Below are positions 49,081 through 62,722 of a stretch of DNA of 64,000 nt, piece by piece; the stretch's first letter is position 1, and the number at the start of each line of letters is the position of its first letter. Position numbers and translations under genes: made by a program. Under the pieces are notes generated by a model that worked only from the letters and a program-made list of their open reading frames with translations, had not been told where the DNA came from and did not search any database. The stretch comes from Candidatus Melainabacteria bacterium 17Bon1m (GTDB lineage: Bacteria; Cyanobacteriota; Vampirovibrionia; Obscuribacterales; Obscuribacteraceae): contig JAVLKG010000009.1 in assembly GCA_032128875.1 (NCBI GenBank), forward strand, positions 206,936-270,935, read 5' to 3'.

Positions 49081-52000
49081 CTACGCAGGCACGTTGAACG
49101 AGCCTTCGCCGATCGGAGGATAGATGTCTTCTTCCTCTTCCTCTTCTTCCTGCGCTGGTGTGTGGCCTTGGAAGCCAGTACCTGCTGGGATGAGACGACC
49201 GATGATGACGTTTTCCTTCAAGCCGCGCAGCCAGTCCTTCTTACCTTCAACCGCAGCTTCCGTGAGGATACGGGTTGTTTCTTGGAAGGATGCAGCCGAG
49301 ATGAAGCTTTCCGTGTTCAAGCTGGCTTTGGTGATACCGAGCAAGACCGGTGTGAATGTAGCTTCGCGGATGCCGAGTTGTCTGCAGCGCTCGTTCTCTT
49401 GATCGATCGAATAGCGCTCCATTAGTTCGCCTGGCAGCAAGATGGTTTCGCCCGGCTCATCAACACGCACTTTGCGGGTCATCTGACGAACGATAACTTC
49501 GATGTGTTTGTCGGCGATTTCTACACCTTGCGAGCGGTATACGGATTGAACTTCGTCAACCAGATACTTCTGCGCAGCTTCGATGCCGAGCAAGCGGACA
49601 ACGTCGTGTGGGTTCGGAGGACCGTCTGTGAGTGCTTTACCGATCGTGATGTCTTCTCCGTCTTCAACAACGATGTTGAGTCCGGCAGGAATGATGATTT
49701 CCTCTTCGCCGGCGTCTGAGTAGACGACATAGAGGCGGTGGGTATCATCTTCGGTGACGACTTTGGCGCGTCCTGCACGTTCTGCAAGGATGGCGTTTTC
49801 TTTCGGCTTTCTGGCTTCCAACAATTCTTCGACTCTCGGAAGACCCTGAACGATGTCCCCGGTCTTTTGTCTTTCGAAGATGAGGGTAGCGAGCAAGTCG
49901 CCTCTTTGTACCAGCGCTCCGTCTTCACTCTGCAATTGAGTGTTGACTGAGATCAGGTACGGACGTCCTTTTCTCACGAAGTAATCGGTGCCTTCAACCT
50001 TAACGACCTGTCCGGACACGGTCGACGGAGTCGACTTCGTGAGCGCGTCGCCTTGTTTGACGAGATCGCCTTCTTTAGCTACCGCGGCGCCTTTGCCTTT
50101 GTGGATGACTTGTTGTTCTTCCGTAATCAACAGGATACGGCGTTCGTCTGTCTTGGACAGTTGTACGCGGGCTGCTGACTTGGTCAATACTTGAGTCGTG
50201 GCAACTGCCGACTTCGCGTCAACGATGTCGCCGTGCTGCACTGACAGCAAGGTGACGTTGATGTCGTGTTCGCGACGCAGCAAGATGTTTTCTTGGACGA
50301 CGATGTTGAGATCGTCGGTGATTTCCACCGTGCCCTTGAGGGTCGCCAATTGTCCTTGCATTTGCAGTACGAGCGATGTACGGGTTAGTTGCGCGCCCTG
50401 GAGGTTGCGCACCTTTTCTCTGTCGCGGAACAGCAATTGAGTTACCGAGCGCAAGGAGATCTTTTCGTCGGTTGCTCTGTGCTTGAACTTGGTTTCACGC
50501 GGCTCGATCCAATACTCTTCGACTGGACGGACGAGCAGTTGCATGGTGCCGTCTTCGCGTTCGATGACGTTGACGATCTTGCGATCTTTGTACTTCATGC
50601 CTTCGAGGATTTCGGTACCCGGATCGACGATTTGACCTTCTTGTACTTTGACTTCGGTCGGATCGTTGATGCCGTGCAGGTCGCCTGGACGGATGATTAC
50701 TTCGTGGATGATGTCGTTATCGGCAACGATTTCGACAACACCGTCCATGTGAGCAAATACGTCTTTGACGACTTCTTGTCCGGCAGTAACCAGCTCGCCG
50801 GTTTCGCTCATCTTCAGTGAGCTGTCCTTCGAGATGAAGTGTACTTCTTCCGGAACGAAGAGCACGCGACCAGGCTTGGTCACAACTCTGCGGTCGTCGA
50901 TTTCTACGCCGTCATAAATGATCTCACCACCGGTAGTGACGACGTTGGTGCCGTCTTCAACCAGTTCGGCGACGATTTTGCCGTTTTCAACAATTTCGCC
51001 TTCAGCGATTTTGAGCGTGTAGGCTTCTTTTTGCTTGTTGACTCTCCAGGTGTAGCCTTGTTTGGCGCCTTCGAGTTTGGCATTACCTGCGCCGACAGAA
51101 GCGATGACGATGTTCATCTCTTTGCCTTTGACGAGGCGGGTGACGGTTTTCTTACCGCTCTTAACTTGTTCTGTTTCCAGTTCTGGTCCGAATCTGACTT
51201 CACCGCCGTGTTCGGTAGTGATTTGGATTTCGGCAAGAACATCATGCGCATTAACGTCTTGTCCGTCTTTGACGACTACATGAGCGCCTGACGGCAAGTT
51301 GTATACGTCACCTTCCAGTACCCAGATGATACCGGCGCGGTTGGCGGTGCGGGAGATGTTGCCTTGACGGTCACGTTTTTCGTCAGCCTGGAAGCCTGCG
51401 AATGCGACACGACCGGAGATGTCTGCGGTGATATCTTTCGTCGCGCGTTCGGTCAAGTTCTTCTTCATGCCCGGCGGGTCGTACTCTGCTACGACTTGTC
51501 CGGCAGTTACCTCCGAGCCGGAAGGAATCATCAACAAGGCTCCTACTGGAAGCGCTTCTGAATGTTCTTTCTTCTCGTTGGCGAATTTGACGGAGCCTTC
51601 ACGAGTTGTTTGCTCCACGATGTCACCGTAAGCGGTGCGTACAGATTTGCAAGCAATTTTGAAAGTGAAAGTTCCATTCAATGGAGCCTTGACCTGAATA
51701 CGGCTGGAACCACCAGCGACGGCGCCGCCGGTGTGGAATGTTCTCATTGTCAGCTGTGTTCCAGGCTCACCGATTGATTGTGCTGCGATGATGCCGATTG
51801 CTTCGCCGACGTCCACCTGGCGCTTCGAGGTCATCGAATAGCCGTAGCACTTCTGGCAAACGCCGTATTGGCTTTCGCAAGTCAGTGGTGAACGTACTTT
51901 GACGAAGGTTTGCTTCTTCAGAGCTTTGGCATTGTCTTTTGCCCAGTTGACGCTGATCGACTCGCCGGCTTTAGCGATTACTTCGCCTGTTTCGGTGTCG

Positions 52001-52767
52001 ACAACATCAAGAGATACGCAACGACCGACAACGCGCTCTTCAAGGTTGACTACTTCTTTGTCGCCTTCCTTGATCGGATACATGTCGATACCGCGGATAG
52101 TTCCGCAGTCCAAATCGCGAACGATAACGTCTTGCGCAACGTCAACGAGACGACGGGTTAGATAACCAGAGTCGGCTGTTTTCAGCGCTGTATCTACAAG
52201 ACCCTTTCTGGCGCCGTAAGACGAGATGATGTACTCGGTTACGTTCAAGCCTTCGCGGAAGTTTGCCTTAATCGGCAAGTCGATGATCTGACCTTGAGAG
52301 TCAGCCATCAAGCCCCGCATACCGACGAGCTGACGGACCTGGGAGATGTTACCCCGGGCGCCGGAGAATGCCATCATGTATACCGGGTTGAGACGGTCGA
52401 AATTGTCGACCACTTCTTTCGTCAATTGGTCAGTGGTTGCAGACCATGTGTCGATAACTTTGTTGTAGCGCTCAACTTCTGTGATTTCGCCGCGCTCGTA
52501 GCGTCTTTGTGCCGCTTCGATTTCTTTCTCTGCAGACGAGATCAATCCGCGTTTCGCTTCAGGAACGTCGAGGTCGTCAATTGAGATCGTTACGCCGGCT
52601 TTGGTGGCGAACTGGAATCCCAAATCTTTGAGAGCATTGGCGAGTTCGGCAGTGCGCGCAGTGCCGTACTTTTCGTAGACAGTCGCCAGCAATTTGCCGA
52701 GCTTCTTCTTGTCCACTGTCTCGTTGATGAACTCCATTACTTCTTCTTTTTTAGGCGTCGTAACCAT
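49081..52767 (-). CDS. rpoC2: DNA-directed RNA polymerase beta' C-terminal subunit (RpoC2)
   Basis: SGARG, TADSGYLTRRLVD, QLTMRTFHTGG + large SI3 insert + DIVQGLPRVEEL, SAASFQET. Confidence 0.98.
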   Translation of the reverse strand: MVTTPKKEEVMEFINETVDKKKLGKLLATVYEKYGTARTAELANALKDLGFQFATKAGVTISIDDLDVPEAKRGLISSAEKEIEAAQRRYERGEITEVERYNKVIDTWSATTDQLTKEVVDNFDRLNPVYMMAFSGARGNISQVRQLVGMRGLMADSQGQIIDLPIKANFREGLNVTEYIISSYGARKGLVDTALKTADSGYLTRRLVDVAQDVIVRDLDCGTIRGIDMYPIKEGDKEVVNLEERVVGRCVSLDVVDTETGEVIAKAGESISVNWAKDNAKALKKQTFVKVRSPLTCESQYGVCQKCYGYSMTSKRQVDVGEAIGIIAAQSIGEPGTQLTMRTFHTGGAVAGGSSRIQVKAPLNGTFTFKIACKSVRTAYGDIVEQTTREGSVKFANEKKEHSEALPVGALLMIPSGSEVTAGQVVAEYDPPGMKKNLTERATKDITADISGRVAFAGFQADEKRDRQGNISRTANRAGIIWVLEGDVYNLPSGAHVVVKDGQDVNAHDVLAEIQITTEHGGEVRFGPELETEQVKSGKKTVTRLVKGKEMNIVIASVGAGNAKLEGAKQGYTWRVNKQKEAYTLKIAEGEIVENGKIVAELVEDGTNVVTTGGEIIYDGVEIDDRRVVTKPGRVLFVPEEVHFISKDSSLKMSETGELVTAGQEVVKDVFAHMDGVVEIVADNDIIHEVIIRPGDLHGINDPTEVKVQEGQIVDPGTEILEGMKYKDRKIVNVIEREDGTMQLLVRPVEEYWIEPRETKFKHRATDEKISLRSVTQLLFRDREKVRNLQGAQLTRTSLVLQMQGQLATLKGTVEITDDLNIVVQENILLRREHDINVTLLSVQHGDIVDAKSAVATTQVLTKSAARVQLSKTDERRILLITEEQQVIHKGKGAAVAKEGDLVKQGDALTKSTPSTVSGQVVKVEGTDYFVRKGRPYLISVNTQLQSEDGALVQRGDLLATLIFERQKTGDIVQGLPRVEELLEARKPKENAILAERAGRAKVVTEDDTHRLYVVYSDAGEEEIIIPAGLNIVVEDGEDITIGKALTDGPPNPHDVVRLLGIEAAQKYLVDEVQSVYRSQGVEIADKHIEVIVRQMTRKVRVDEPGETILLPGELMERYSIDQENERCRQLGIREATFTPVLLGITKASLNTESFISAASFQETTRILTEAAVEGKKDWLRGLKENVIIGRLIPAGTGFQGHTPAQEEEEEEEDIYPPIGEGSFNVPA

Positions 52768-52874
52768 GGGTTCCTCTTTAGTGCTTTGGTTTGGTTAGCG
52801 TAATTTTGAGGTTTGAAACTTTGTTTCGGGAGAGCGCCGCTGGTGCTTTCTGACCAGACGGCGCCCCGCCGGAG

Positions 52875-54710
<1,836 letters not shown>

Positions 54711-54864
54711 TTATAAGCCCTGTCTTGTGTGTGGCCACTGTTCGCTATTTGCGAGGAACGTCGATGCTTCCTATATAAGGAAACAATCGATGGAACGTTC
54801 TGAATGGCTGAATGCGTCCAACTTGTGAATTAGCGCTGCACTCAGAACGTTCCTCTTAAGTCAT

Positions 54865-57800
54865 TTAGAAGTCGTCATCCGCGCCGTCTTCATCTGCAGC
54901 ATCGTCACCTGCAGCTCCCGCTACGGCATCATCGCCGCCGCCCAGGGCTGAAACAACGTTTTGCATGATAGATGAAGCACCGGATTCAGTACCGCTGTCC
55001 GATTCGGAATCGCTGCTGCCGCCTTCGTCGCCGAAATCATCGTCGCCTTCAGACACAGCTACAACACCTTGAGGAACGGACTGTTGTCTCAGTTCTGCAA
55101 GTTCGGACTCGATGCCGATCTCGCCGAATGGACTCATGCGGCGCATTCCGCGCGGGCGCACTTCTTCTACTTCAGTCATCAAGTCGACTTCGATTTCGCC
55201 GCCTTCGCGTGTGCGTTTGGCGACGGAAACGTCGAGACCGATGGACTGCAATTCACGAACCAGTACCTTGAAGGATTCAGGAATACCAGGACGCTTCAGG
55301 TTTTCACCCTTAACGATAGATTCGTACGCTTTGGAGCGACCATTTACGTCGTCAGACTTGATGGTGAGCATCTCTTGCAGAGAGTAGGAGGCGCCGAATG
55401 CTTCGAGAGCCCAGCATTCCATTTCTCCCAGACGCTGTCCGCCGAATTGCGCTTTACCGCCGAGAGGCTGTTGCGTAACCAGCGAGTATGGTCCGGTTGA
55501 ACGAGCGTGAATCTTGTCGTCAACCAAGTGGACCAGCTTCATCATGTAGATCTTGCCGACGGTGACAGGATTGTCGAAGGGATCGCCGGTTCTACCGTCT
55601 GACAGGATGACTTTACCGTCATCACCGACCCACGGCGATTCAGCTTTGATTTTGCCCTTCTTGATCTCGTCATGAACGAGAGCCGATGATGCTTCTTTGG
55701 CGTGCATTTCGTCGAACGGCGGCACTTCGTAGTGCAAGCCGGTGAGCATTGCTGCCAATCCGAGCAGTGTTTCGAAAGTCTGTCCGACATTCATACGGCT
55801 CGGTACACCAAGCGGGTTCAAGACGATGTCGACAGGTGTGCCATCAGGAAGGAAAGGCATGTCTTCGCAAGGAAGAATCTTCGCGACGATACCTTTGTTG
55901 CCGTGACGTCCTGCGACTTTGTCTCCGACTGAGATTTTGCGTTTTTGTGCGATGTAAACGCGAACAACCTTGTTGGCGACAGGCGGAAGCTCATCACCCT
56001 TTTCGCGGTCGAACACTTTCACGCCTACAACACGACCGCCTTCACCGTGCGGAACGCGCAGTGAGTTGTCGCGTACATCTCTGGCTTTTTCACCGAAGAT
56101 GGCGCGCAAGAGTTTTTCTTCCGGCGGGTGTTCGGATTCGCCCTTCGGTGTGATCTTGCCGACCAGGATGTCGTCAGGATAAACACGTGAGCCGATTCTG
56201 ACGATGCCGTTTTCGTCCAAGTGACGCAGCGATTCTTCAGAAACGTTCGGCACTTCGCGAGTGATTTCTTCCGGACCGAGCTTCGTAGAACGAGCATCGA
56301 TTTCCAATTTTTCAATGTGGATGGAAGTCATAACATCGTCGAATACGAGGCGCTGACTTATAAGGATCGCGTCTTCAAAGTTGTAGCCTTCCCATGGCAT
56401 GAATGCCACAAGCAGGTTGCGTCCTACCGCCAGTTCACCACGCTTGGTGGCGGCACCGTCGGCGATGACCATGCCCGGCTTGATGTTGTCGCCGACTTCA
56501 ACAATCGGCTTCTGGTTCAAGCAGGTGTCTTGGTTAGAACGTTGGAACTTAGCGAGTCTGTATTTGACCAGTCTCTTGTCCTTGGTTCTTACGTGTACAG
56601 CAGTCGCTGAAACGTATTCGCATTTACCTTCGACGTCAGCAACTACAACCATCCCGGAGTCTTTCGCTGATTGCTTTTCGATACCGGTGGTTACGAATGC
56701 GCGCTCTGTTTGAATCAGAGGCACAGACTGACGTTGCATGTTCGAGCCCATCAGTGCGCGGTTAGCGTCATCGTGCTCGAGGAACGGGATCAGAGCTGTT
56801 CCGACAGATACGATCTGAATCGGTGACACGCCGACATAGTCGACTTGCTCAGGCGGAGTTTCTTCGAACTCTGCTTTGTAGCGCACCGGAACCAGAGGAT
56901 GAACGAAGTCACCGTTGTCCTTGACCGGCACGTCACCGGGAGCAACACGGTACTTGTCTTCTTCATCTGCTGTCAGGTAATGAATGTCGTCAGTAACTCT
57001 GCCGTTTTCTACCTTTCTATATGGAGTTTCGATGAATCCATATTCGTTGACTCGGGCGTGAGTTGCCAAAGAGCCGATCAAACCTGCGTTCGGACCTTCC
57101 GGAGTTTCTACCGGGCAGATACGACCGTAGTGGCTGGGGTGAATATCGCGGACCGCGAAACCGGCACGTTCTCTCGACAAACCGCCAGGTCCAAGTGCAG
57201 ACAGTCTGCGCTTGTGGGTCAGTTCTGCCAGAGGATTGGTCTGGTCCATGAACTGAGACAACTGCGACGATCCGAAGAATTCGCGGATGGCAGCAACCAG
57301 GGGCTTGGTGTTGAGAAGGTTTGCCGGTGTGAGAGTGTCGACATCTTGCAATGTCATACGCTCACGGACAATTCTTTCCAAACGGGTCAAACCGATACGG
57401 AACTGGTTCTGAAGCAGTTCGCCGACCGATCTGATGCGGCGGTTGCCGAGGTGGTCGATGTCATCAACCTGACCGTCGTCATAGTGCAAGCCGATCAAAT
57501 AGTCCACTGCAGCCACGATATCTTCGCGGGTCAGTGTGCGTTGTTGCTCAGGAACCGAGAGAGTGAGCTTCTTATTCAACTTATAGCGGCCGACTTTACC
57601 CAAGTCGTAGCGCTTGTCGTCGAAGAAGCGGCTGTCGATGATCGATTGTCCACCAGCTACAGACGGCGGATCGCCGGGACGCAGCTTTCTGTACACTTCG
57701 ATCAATGAATCTTCTCTGGACTTGGTGTTGTCCTTTTCCAGCGTCTTCTTGAGGAAGTCGCGGTGACGGAAAAGTGATTCCATTTCGGAATCCGAATAGC

Positions 57801-58404
57801 CAAGCGCTCTCAGCAGTGTGGTTGCCGGGAGCTTTCTATTCTTGTCGATTTTGACGTAGATAACGTCATTGACGTCTGTCTCGAACTTCAGCCATGCGCC
57901 GCGGTTCGGGATAAGTGTTGCGGAGAACGTACGCTTACCGTTGGTGTCGATTTCGCGCTTGTAATAGATGCCGGGGCTTCTGACAATCTGCGAAACAATG
58001 ACGCGTTCTGCGCCATTAATAATGAACGTACCGCGGTCGGTCATCATCGGGATGTCACCGACGTAGATTTCTTGCTCCTTGATTTCACCGATTTCGCGGT
58101 TAACCAGGCGCATTTGAATACGCAATTTCTTGGTGAAGCTGGCGTCGAGCTCTCTGGCTTCCTCAGGCGTCTTTGGCTTGTTAGGCTCTGTGTGATCTTC
58201 GAATGTGTAATTCGTCAAGAAATGGAGCTCGAGCTTGCCCGTGTAGTCTTTGATAGGGCTGAATGCTCGGAGTTCTTCTCCGAGACCCTCATCGATAAAC
58301 CACTTGAACGAACTCTTCTGAATTTCTGCCAAATCGGGCAAGTCGGCGATGCGTGAGCTGCCGACCCCGAAGGTCTTGACGCGCTCCGTTAACTCTAAAG
58401 CCAT
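54865..58404 (-). CDS. rpoB: DNA-directed RNA polymerase beta subunit
   Basis: [37 protein letters not shown]. Confidence 0.99.
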   Translation of the reverse strand: MALELTERVKTFGVGSSRIADLPDLAEIQKSSFKWFIDEGLGEELRAFSPIKDYTGKLELHFLTNYTFEDHTEPNKPKTPEEARELDASFTKKLRIQMRLVNREIGEIKEQEIYVGDIPMMTDRGTFIINGAERVIVSQIVRSPGIYYKREIDTNGKRTFSATLIPNRGAWLKFETDVNDVIYVKIDKNRKLPATTLLRALGYSDSEMESLFRHRDFLKKTLEKDNTKSREDSLIEVYRKLRPGDPPSVAGGQSIIDSRFFDDKRYDLGKVGRYKLNKKLTLSVPEQQRTLTREDIVAAVDYLIGLHYDDGQVDDIDHLGNRRIRSVGELLQNQFRIGLTRLERIVRERMTLQDVDTLTPANLLNTKPLVAAIREFFGSSQLSQFMDQTNPLAELTHKRRLSALGPGGLSRERAGFAVRDIHPSHYGRICPVETPEGPNAGLIGSLATHARVNEYGFIETPYRKVENGRVTDDIHYLTADEEDKYRVAPGDVPVKDNGDFVHPLVPVRYKAEFEETPPEQVDYVGVSPIQIVSVGTALIPFLEHDDANRALMGSNMQRQSVPLIQTERAFVTTGIEKQSAKDSGMVVVADVEGKCEYVSATAVHVRTKDKRLVKYRLAKFQRSNQDTCLNQKPIVEVGDNIKPGMVIADGAATKRGELAVGRNLLVAFMPWEGYNFEDAILISQRLVFDDVMTSIHIEKLEIDARSTKLGPEEITREVPNVSEESLRHLDENGIVRIGSRVYPDDILVGKITPKGESEHPPEEKLLRAIFGEKARDVRDNSLRVPHGEGGRVVGVKVFDREKGDELPPVANKVVRVYIAQKRKISVGDKVAGRHGNKGIVAKILPCEDMPFLPDGTPVDIVLNPLGVPSRMNVGQTFETLLGLAAMLTGLHYEVPPFDEMHAKEASSALVHDEIKKGKIKAESPWVGDDGKVILSDGRTGDPFDNPVTVGKIYMMKLVHLVDDKIHARSTGPYSLVTQQPLGGKAQFGGQRLGEMECWALEAFGASYSLQEMLTIKSDDVNGRSKAYESIVKGENLKRPGIPESFKVLVRELQSIGLDVSVAKRTREGGEIEVDLMTEVEEVRPRGMRRMSPFGEIGIESELAELRQQSVPQGVVAVSEGDDDFGDEGGSSDSESDSGTESGASSIMQNVVSALGGGDDAVAGAAGDDAADEDGADDDF

Positions 58405-58904
58405 CGATTACCTCTGGGTTCTTGGTCGGGGACCATTGACAATATGCAAGCACGGCGATTTGCTCGCACAGACCAATGCGACGTTGGTACGTGAGCGCAA
58501 ACCGGAATTTGCAACTATACGTAGCTACTAATTGTATTGTCAAACAAATTGTTGTGAATGTTGAAGTGAGTGGTTTGGGGTTTTGTCGAGTTAACTCTGT
58601 CTCATAAAGCTGAAGCTAATCGACTCAACGCGTTGCAGATTTGATTAAATCTCGCTAATCATGTTGCGCGTTTGTAGCGAATGGTCAAACTCTGGTGAAA
58701 AAACGCTCAGATTGCCGTTAATGATCGATTGATCTCTTGCGGTTTTTATACGTCGCGTGATCGCAGCGGCACAGCGGGCTGATCTGATAAAACGGGCGCT
58801 GTTGCAAGTATGGCGATAAAAAAGCGAGATCAAGTGATCATGCGGTTTCTATTGAAACAATATCGGCTGCATATTGAGAACTGGTTCGCTGTATGATCGA
58901 TTTT

Positions 58905-59000
58905 GGGGATGGAGCGCTGCTGGTGTTGCGTGCGGTCTTCAAAACCGTTGTGGGGCAGATAAACGCTGTCCTGGGTGGGTTCGATTCCTACGCATCCCCG
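58905..59000 (+). tRNA. selC: tRNA-Sec (anticodon UCA)
   Basis: GGGGATG/CATCCCC acceptor; 6-bp D stem with UGGU loop; GCGGT-CTTCAAA-ACCGT; long variable arm; GTGGG-TTCGATT-CCTAC; discriminator G; CCA not encoded. Confidence 0.93.
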
Positions 59001-59102
59001 ATATTGTCAAGCGAAGATTGTCAAGAGAAAAGACGATTCGCAAACCGAAAAATTCCACAGGTGGGGGCTTTACAAAGATTAGCCGCCACCCATAATTAGT
59101 TA

Positions 59103-60140
59103 TTGGAACTTGGCAGTTATTCTAGAAAGTCGGTCTTCGTGAATTCTCAAACAGGAGCTTTAGCCTGGCTCGACCAGTTTGCAGGCTATTTAGAGGTGGA
59201 GAGAAATTACTCTTCCAATACGATCAGAGCTTATCTCAATGATCTTCGGCAATTACTAACAGCTGACGTCAGCGAAATTAGCGAAACAAATGCTGCTTCT
59301 GCAGTAGTTGAAGCGCGCGAGTTGCAGCAATCTGATGCTACTCCCGCACCTACATCCGAAAATGGTGGTGAAATTGAATCATCAGCATCTCCAGAGGTAG
59401 AGAAGCTCAAGGCGTACATTCGCCAGATGCAAGATCACTACAGCCGCCCGACCGTGGCTCGTAAGATCTCAGCCATCCGTAGCTTCTATCGCTATTTGCG
59501 CCGCGAACATTTGATTGAAGAAGATCCTTCCAAAATGGTCCGCGGACCAAAGCTGGCCAGAAGGCTTCCTGCCTGCCTGGACAGAGAGGAAGTATCCAAA
59601 CTTCTACAAGCACCGGATCAATCATCGCTCGGTATCCGCGATAGAGCACTTATGGAAGTTCTCTACGCAACCGGCATGCGCGTAAGCGAACTGTGCAGCT
59701 TGCGTGTCAAAGATTGGGATCCGGCACAAATGGAAATGAGAGTGATCGGCAAAGGCTCGAAAGAGCGTGTCGTTCTTCTCAACCAGAGCGCCGCTCAGTG
59801 GCTGACTTCTTACTTGGCGAATCACTGGAGCCGTTTGGCAGGGGGACGCATCGCCCAACCCGATCATCCGCTCTTCGTCAGCCGTCAAGCTACGAAACTC
59901 TCGGCACGCTCAGTGCACCGCATTGTACTTAAATATGCACGCAAAGCCGGCATCAACAAGCCGATCACGCCGCATACCTTGAGACACACTTTCGCAACAC
60001 ACTTGCTGGAAGGCGGAGCCGACCTGCGTGTTGTGCAAGATTTGCTGGGACACACGACCATCAGTACGACGCAAATTTATACGCACGTGACGATGGATCG
60101 CCTTCGCAAGGTCTACATGAACACTCACCCCAGAGCGTAA
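59103..60140 (+). CDS. Tyrosine recombinase, XerC/XerD family (start may be GTG 59139)
   Basis: YSSNTIRAY, TGMRVSEL, GKGSKER, HTLRHTFATHLL, LLGH, TQIY. Confidence 0.93.
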   Translation: MELGSYSRKSVFVNSQTGALAWLDQFAGYLEVERNYSSNTIRAYLNDLRQLLTADVSEISETNAASAVVEARELQQSDATPAPTSENGGEIESSASPEVEKLKAYIRQMQDHYSRPTVARKISAIRSFYRYLRREHLIEEDPSKMVRGPKLARRLPACLDREEVSKLLQAPDQSSLGIRDRALMEVLYATGMRVSELCSLRVKDWDPAQMEMRVIGKGSKERVVLLNQSAAQWLTSYLANHWSRLAGGRIAQPDHPLFVSRQATKLSARSVHRIVLKYARKAGINKPITPHTLRHTFATHLLEGGADLRVVQDLLGHTTISTTQIYTHVTMDRLRKVYMNTHPRA

Positions 60141-60153
60141 TCTTTGGGTTGGG

Positions 60154-60211
60154 CGTGGGGGCGCATAGCACGCGCCCTTCTAGAAATCGTGGGGGCGCAT
60201 TGCATGCGCCC
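60154..60211 (+). repeat. Two tandem GTGG REPs
   Basis: Units at 60154 and 60188, followed by a T run. Confidence 0.85.
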
Positions 60212-60354
60212 TCATTTTTTTTTGCGAATCGCACTCTTATCTGTCCCTTTCCGCCTTTTCTTTACTAAATAAGCTCATTCCTGCCTTCATAGTTATAATT
60301 ACTGCCAGGAAGAAGACGACATTTCAAAACTTCCAGAGAATGTGAGGGTCCAAA

Positions 60355-62670
60355 TTGGCGACGCGCCGGTCGAAGGCGAAGAATAAAGGGCAAGGCGGGT
60401 TCAACCGCATTGTCGGCAAAGGCACGAAGGTTGTTATTTTCTCAACGCTCGTGTGTGGTGCCATTGGTGTCGGATATTTTGGTGCCTCTCTGTTTCGCCA
60501 GTTGCAAGATCTGCCGGACATAACGCTGGTCGAACGTTACGAACCGATTGAAGCGATTCAAGTGTTCGATATCAACGATCACATGGTGTGCACCGTGGAA
60601 GGTGACGAAGACAGACGCGTCATTCCACTCAATCAAGTGTCAAAACAAATGCAGCAAGCCATGCTCGCGGCAGAAGACCACCACTTCTACGAGCACCACG
60701 GCGTCAACTATATGTCCATTATCCGTGCGTCATTGGTCAACGTTCAGGCCGGGCGCGTCAAAGAAGGTGGCTCAACCATCACTCAGCAGTTAGTGAAGAA
60801 CTTGTTTTTCACCGAAGGCATGCGCACCTTCGATAGAAAGATCAAAGAAGCGTACCTGGCCAATTCATTGGAAAGTAAGTACCCGAAAGAACGAATTCTG
60901 GAGATGTACCTTAACCAGGTCTACTTCGGCAACAACGCATACGGCATCGAACGTGCCGCGTCACGATATTTCGATCGCACGGCTGCTAGTTTGTCGCTGG
61001 CACAGTCCGCTTTCCTGGCTGGTCTTGTGAAAGCACCATCAGAGTTGGGCTCGAAGGAGCATCGCCAGGAAGCCCTTGATCGACAGAGAGAAATCATCGA
61101 CAAGATGGCTGAATATGGCTATATCACTGAAGGTCAGGCAAAAGCAGCCAAAGCAGAGAAGTTGAGTTTTAAGCGCGGAATCAACCCTCTGCAGAAGTAT
61201 CCCTATTACATTGCGCAGATTCTGGAGATACTGCGGACTGAGTTCAGTCAGGCAGAAATGCGTAAGCAAGGGCTTCGCGTCTACACAAACCTCGATCCAA
61301 AAGCACAAGACGTAGCAGAAAGAACACTCAACGAGCAGATCAAGAAAGCTCCGAAAGGCGTATCGCAAGCTGCTCTGGTTTCTATCCGGGTGCGCGACGG
61401 CGCTGTCGTAGCTATGGTCGGTGGAGTCGGCAACTTCTGGAAAAACCAATTCAATCGGGCGACCAACCCCCACACTGCCGGTTCTTCATTCAAACCATTT
61501 GTTTACCTTACTGCCTTCATTAAGGGAGTATGCAACCCTGATTCGATCATAGAAGACACACCACTGGTGGTGAAACAGCCCTGGGGACTTCCAGACTATG
61601 CGCCGAAAAACTTCGACCATAAATTCATGGGCAGAATTCAGGTGCGTAAAGCGCTTGCACTTTCGCGCAACGTCCCTGCTGTAAAAATCGCCCGCGAAGC
61701 AGGCATGGAAAGCATCGTCGAGACTGCTCGTCTGGCGGGTGTAACTTCCAAACTCGATCCTAACTTGTCGTTGGCGCTGGGCAGTTCTGCTGTTTCTCCG
61801 CTCGATATGGCTGCCGCCTATTCGACATTTGTGCGTGGTGGTGTTTCTATCAAACCGCAAATGCTGCGCCGGATTGAGAATAATCGTGGGCAGGTTATTC
61901 AAGTTTTTGAAGGCAAGTACGACAAAGTCTTCAACATGCAACCTGTCGCTAAGCTCGTTGATGTTCTTCAAGACGTGGTCAAATACGGCACCGGTACTGG
62001 TGCAAAACTGGATGACCGCCCCGTAGGCGGCAAGACCGGAACCGCAGACGAAGGAAAGGATATCTGGTTTATCGGATTCACTCCCGACCTTGTCACCGCT
62101 GTATGGGGCGGCAACGACGAAAACAAGCCGATCGCCGGTCACAATGTCACGGGCGGTGTGGTCATGGCAAAAATTTGGAAAGAATACATGAAGGCATATT
62201 ATGTAGCCATTCCTACTCCTGCCGGCACTTTGATCACTCCTTCCCCTGAAGAGAAAGACGAGAAGGACAATGATTCGAAACTTGCCAAAGATGGTGATAG
62301 CACACCACTTTTGTTGCCCGGTTTGAAACTGGGATCTGATGAACCTAAAGCAGCATCCGACGCTGCAGCAGCCAAACCTGTGGAATTTGCTCCGCCAGAC
62401 AAACCCAAAGTCGATACATCACCATCGATACCTGCAACAACACCTATCACTGCACCGCCTGCGGTTGCAACTCCCGAGCCTGCAAAAGAGTCGCCGCCTG
62501 TTGCTCCGGAACCTGCAGTTGCACCGGCTCCAGCTCTGGCTCCAGCACCGGCGCCAGCAACAAGCAGCACCTCCACTTTTATTTCTCCAGCTTCGCCCTC
62601 TGCGCGTTCGAAATTTTCACCATACGAGCAGAAGCCGGCTTTCGCACCAGCACCTGCGGAGACACGCTAA
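60355..62670 (+). CDS. Class A penicillin-binding protein (PBP1A family) with Pro-rich tail
   Basis: EDHHF, GGSTITQQ, RKIKE; SSFK, SRN, KTGT. Confidence 0.95.
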   Translation: MATRRSKAKNKGQGGFNRIVGKGTKVVIFSTLVCGAIGVGYFGASLFRQLQDLPDITLVERYEPIEAIQVFDINDHMVCTVEGDEDRRVIPLNQVSKQMQQAMLAAEDHHFYEHHGVNYMSIIRASLVNVQAGRVKEGGSTITQQLVKNLFFTEGMRTFDRKIKEAYLANSLESKYPKERILEMYLNQVYFGNNAYGIERAASRYFDRTAASLSLAQSAFLAGLVKAPSELGSKEHRQEALDRQREIIDKMAEYGYITEGQAKAAKAEKLSFKRGINPLQKYPYYIAQILEILRTEFSQAEMRKQGLRVYTNLDPKAQDVAERTLNEQIKKAPKGVSQAALVSIRVRDGAVVAMVGGVGNFWKNQFNRATNPHTAGSSFKPFVYLTAFIKGVCNPDSIIEDTPLVVKQPWGLPDYAPKNFDHKFMGRIQVRKALALSRNVPAVKIAREAGMESIVETARLAGVTSKLDPNLSLALGSSAVSPLDMAAAYSTFVRGGVSIKPQMLRRIENNRGQVIQVFEGKYDKVFNMQPVAKLVDVLQDVVKYGTGTGAKLDDRPVGGKTGTADEGKDIWFIGFTPDLVTAVWGGNDENKPIAGHNVTGGVVMAKIWKEYMKAYYVAIPTPAGTLITPSPEEKDEKDNDSKLAKDGDSTPLLLPGLKLGSDEPKAASDAAAAKPVEFAPPDKPKVDTSPSIPATTPITAPPAVATPEPAKESPPVAPEPAVAPAPALAPAPAPATSSTSTFISPASPSARSKFSPYEQKPAFAPAPAETR

Positions 62671-62722
62671 AGTGTCGATCGCTTTTCTCGACGACTTCCC
62701 AACAGAAATTTGGGTATAAGCA

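Noticed and set aside
52768-52874. Frameshift or assembly error splitting rpoC
   Set aside because: The split matches the cyanobacterial rpoC1/rpoC2 boundary, with a clean stop, a hairpin and a GAGGA RBS
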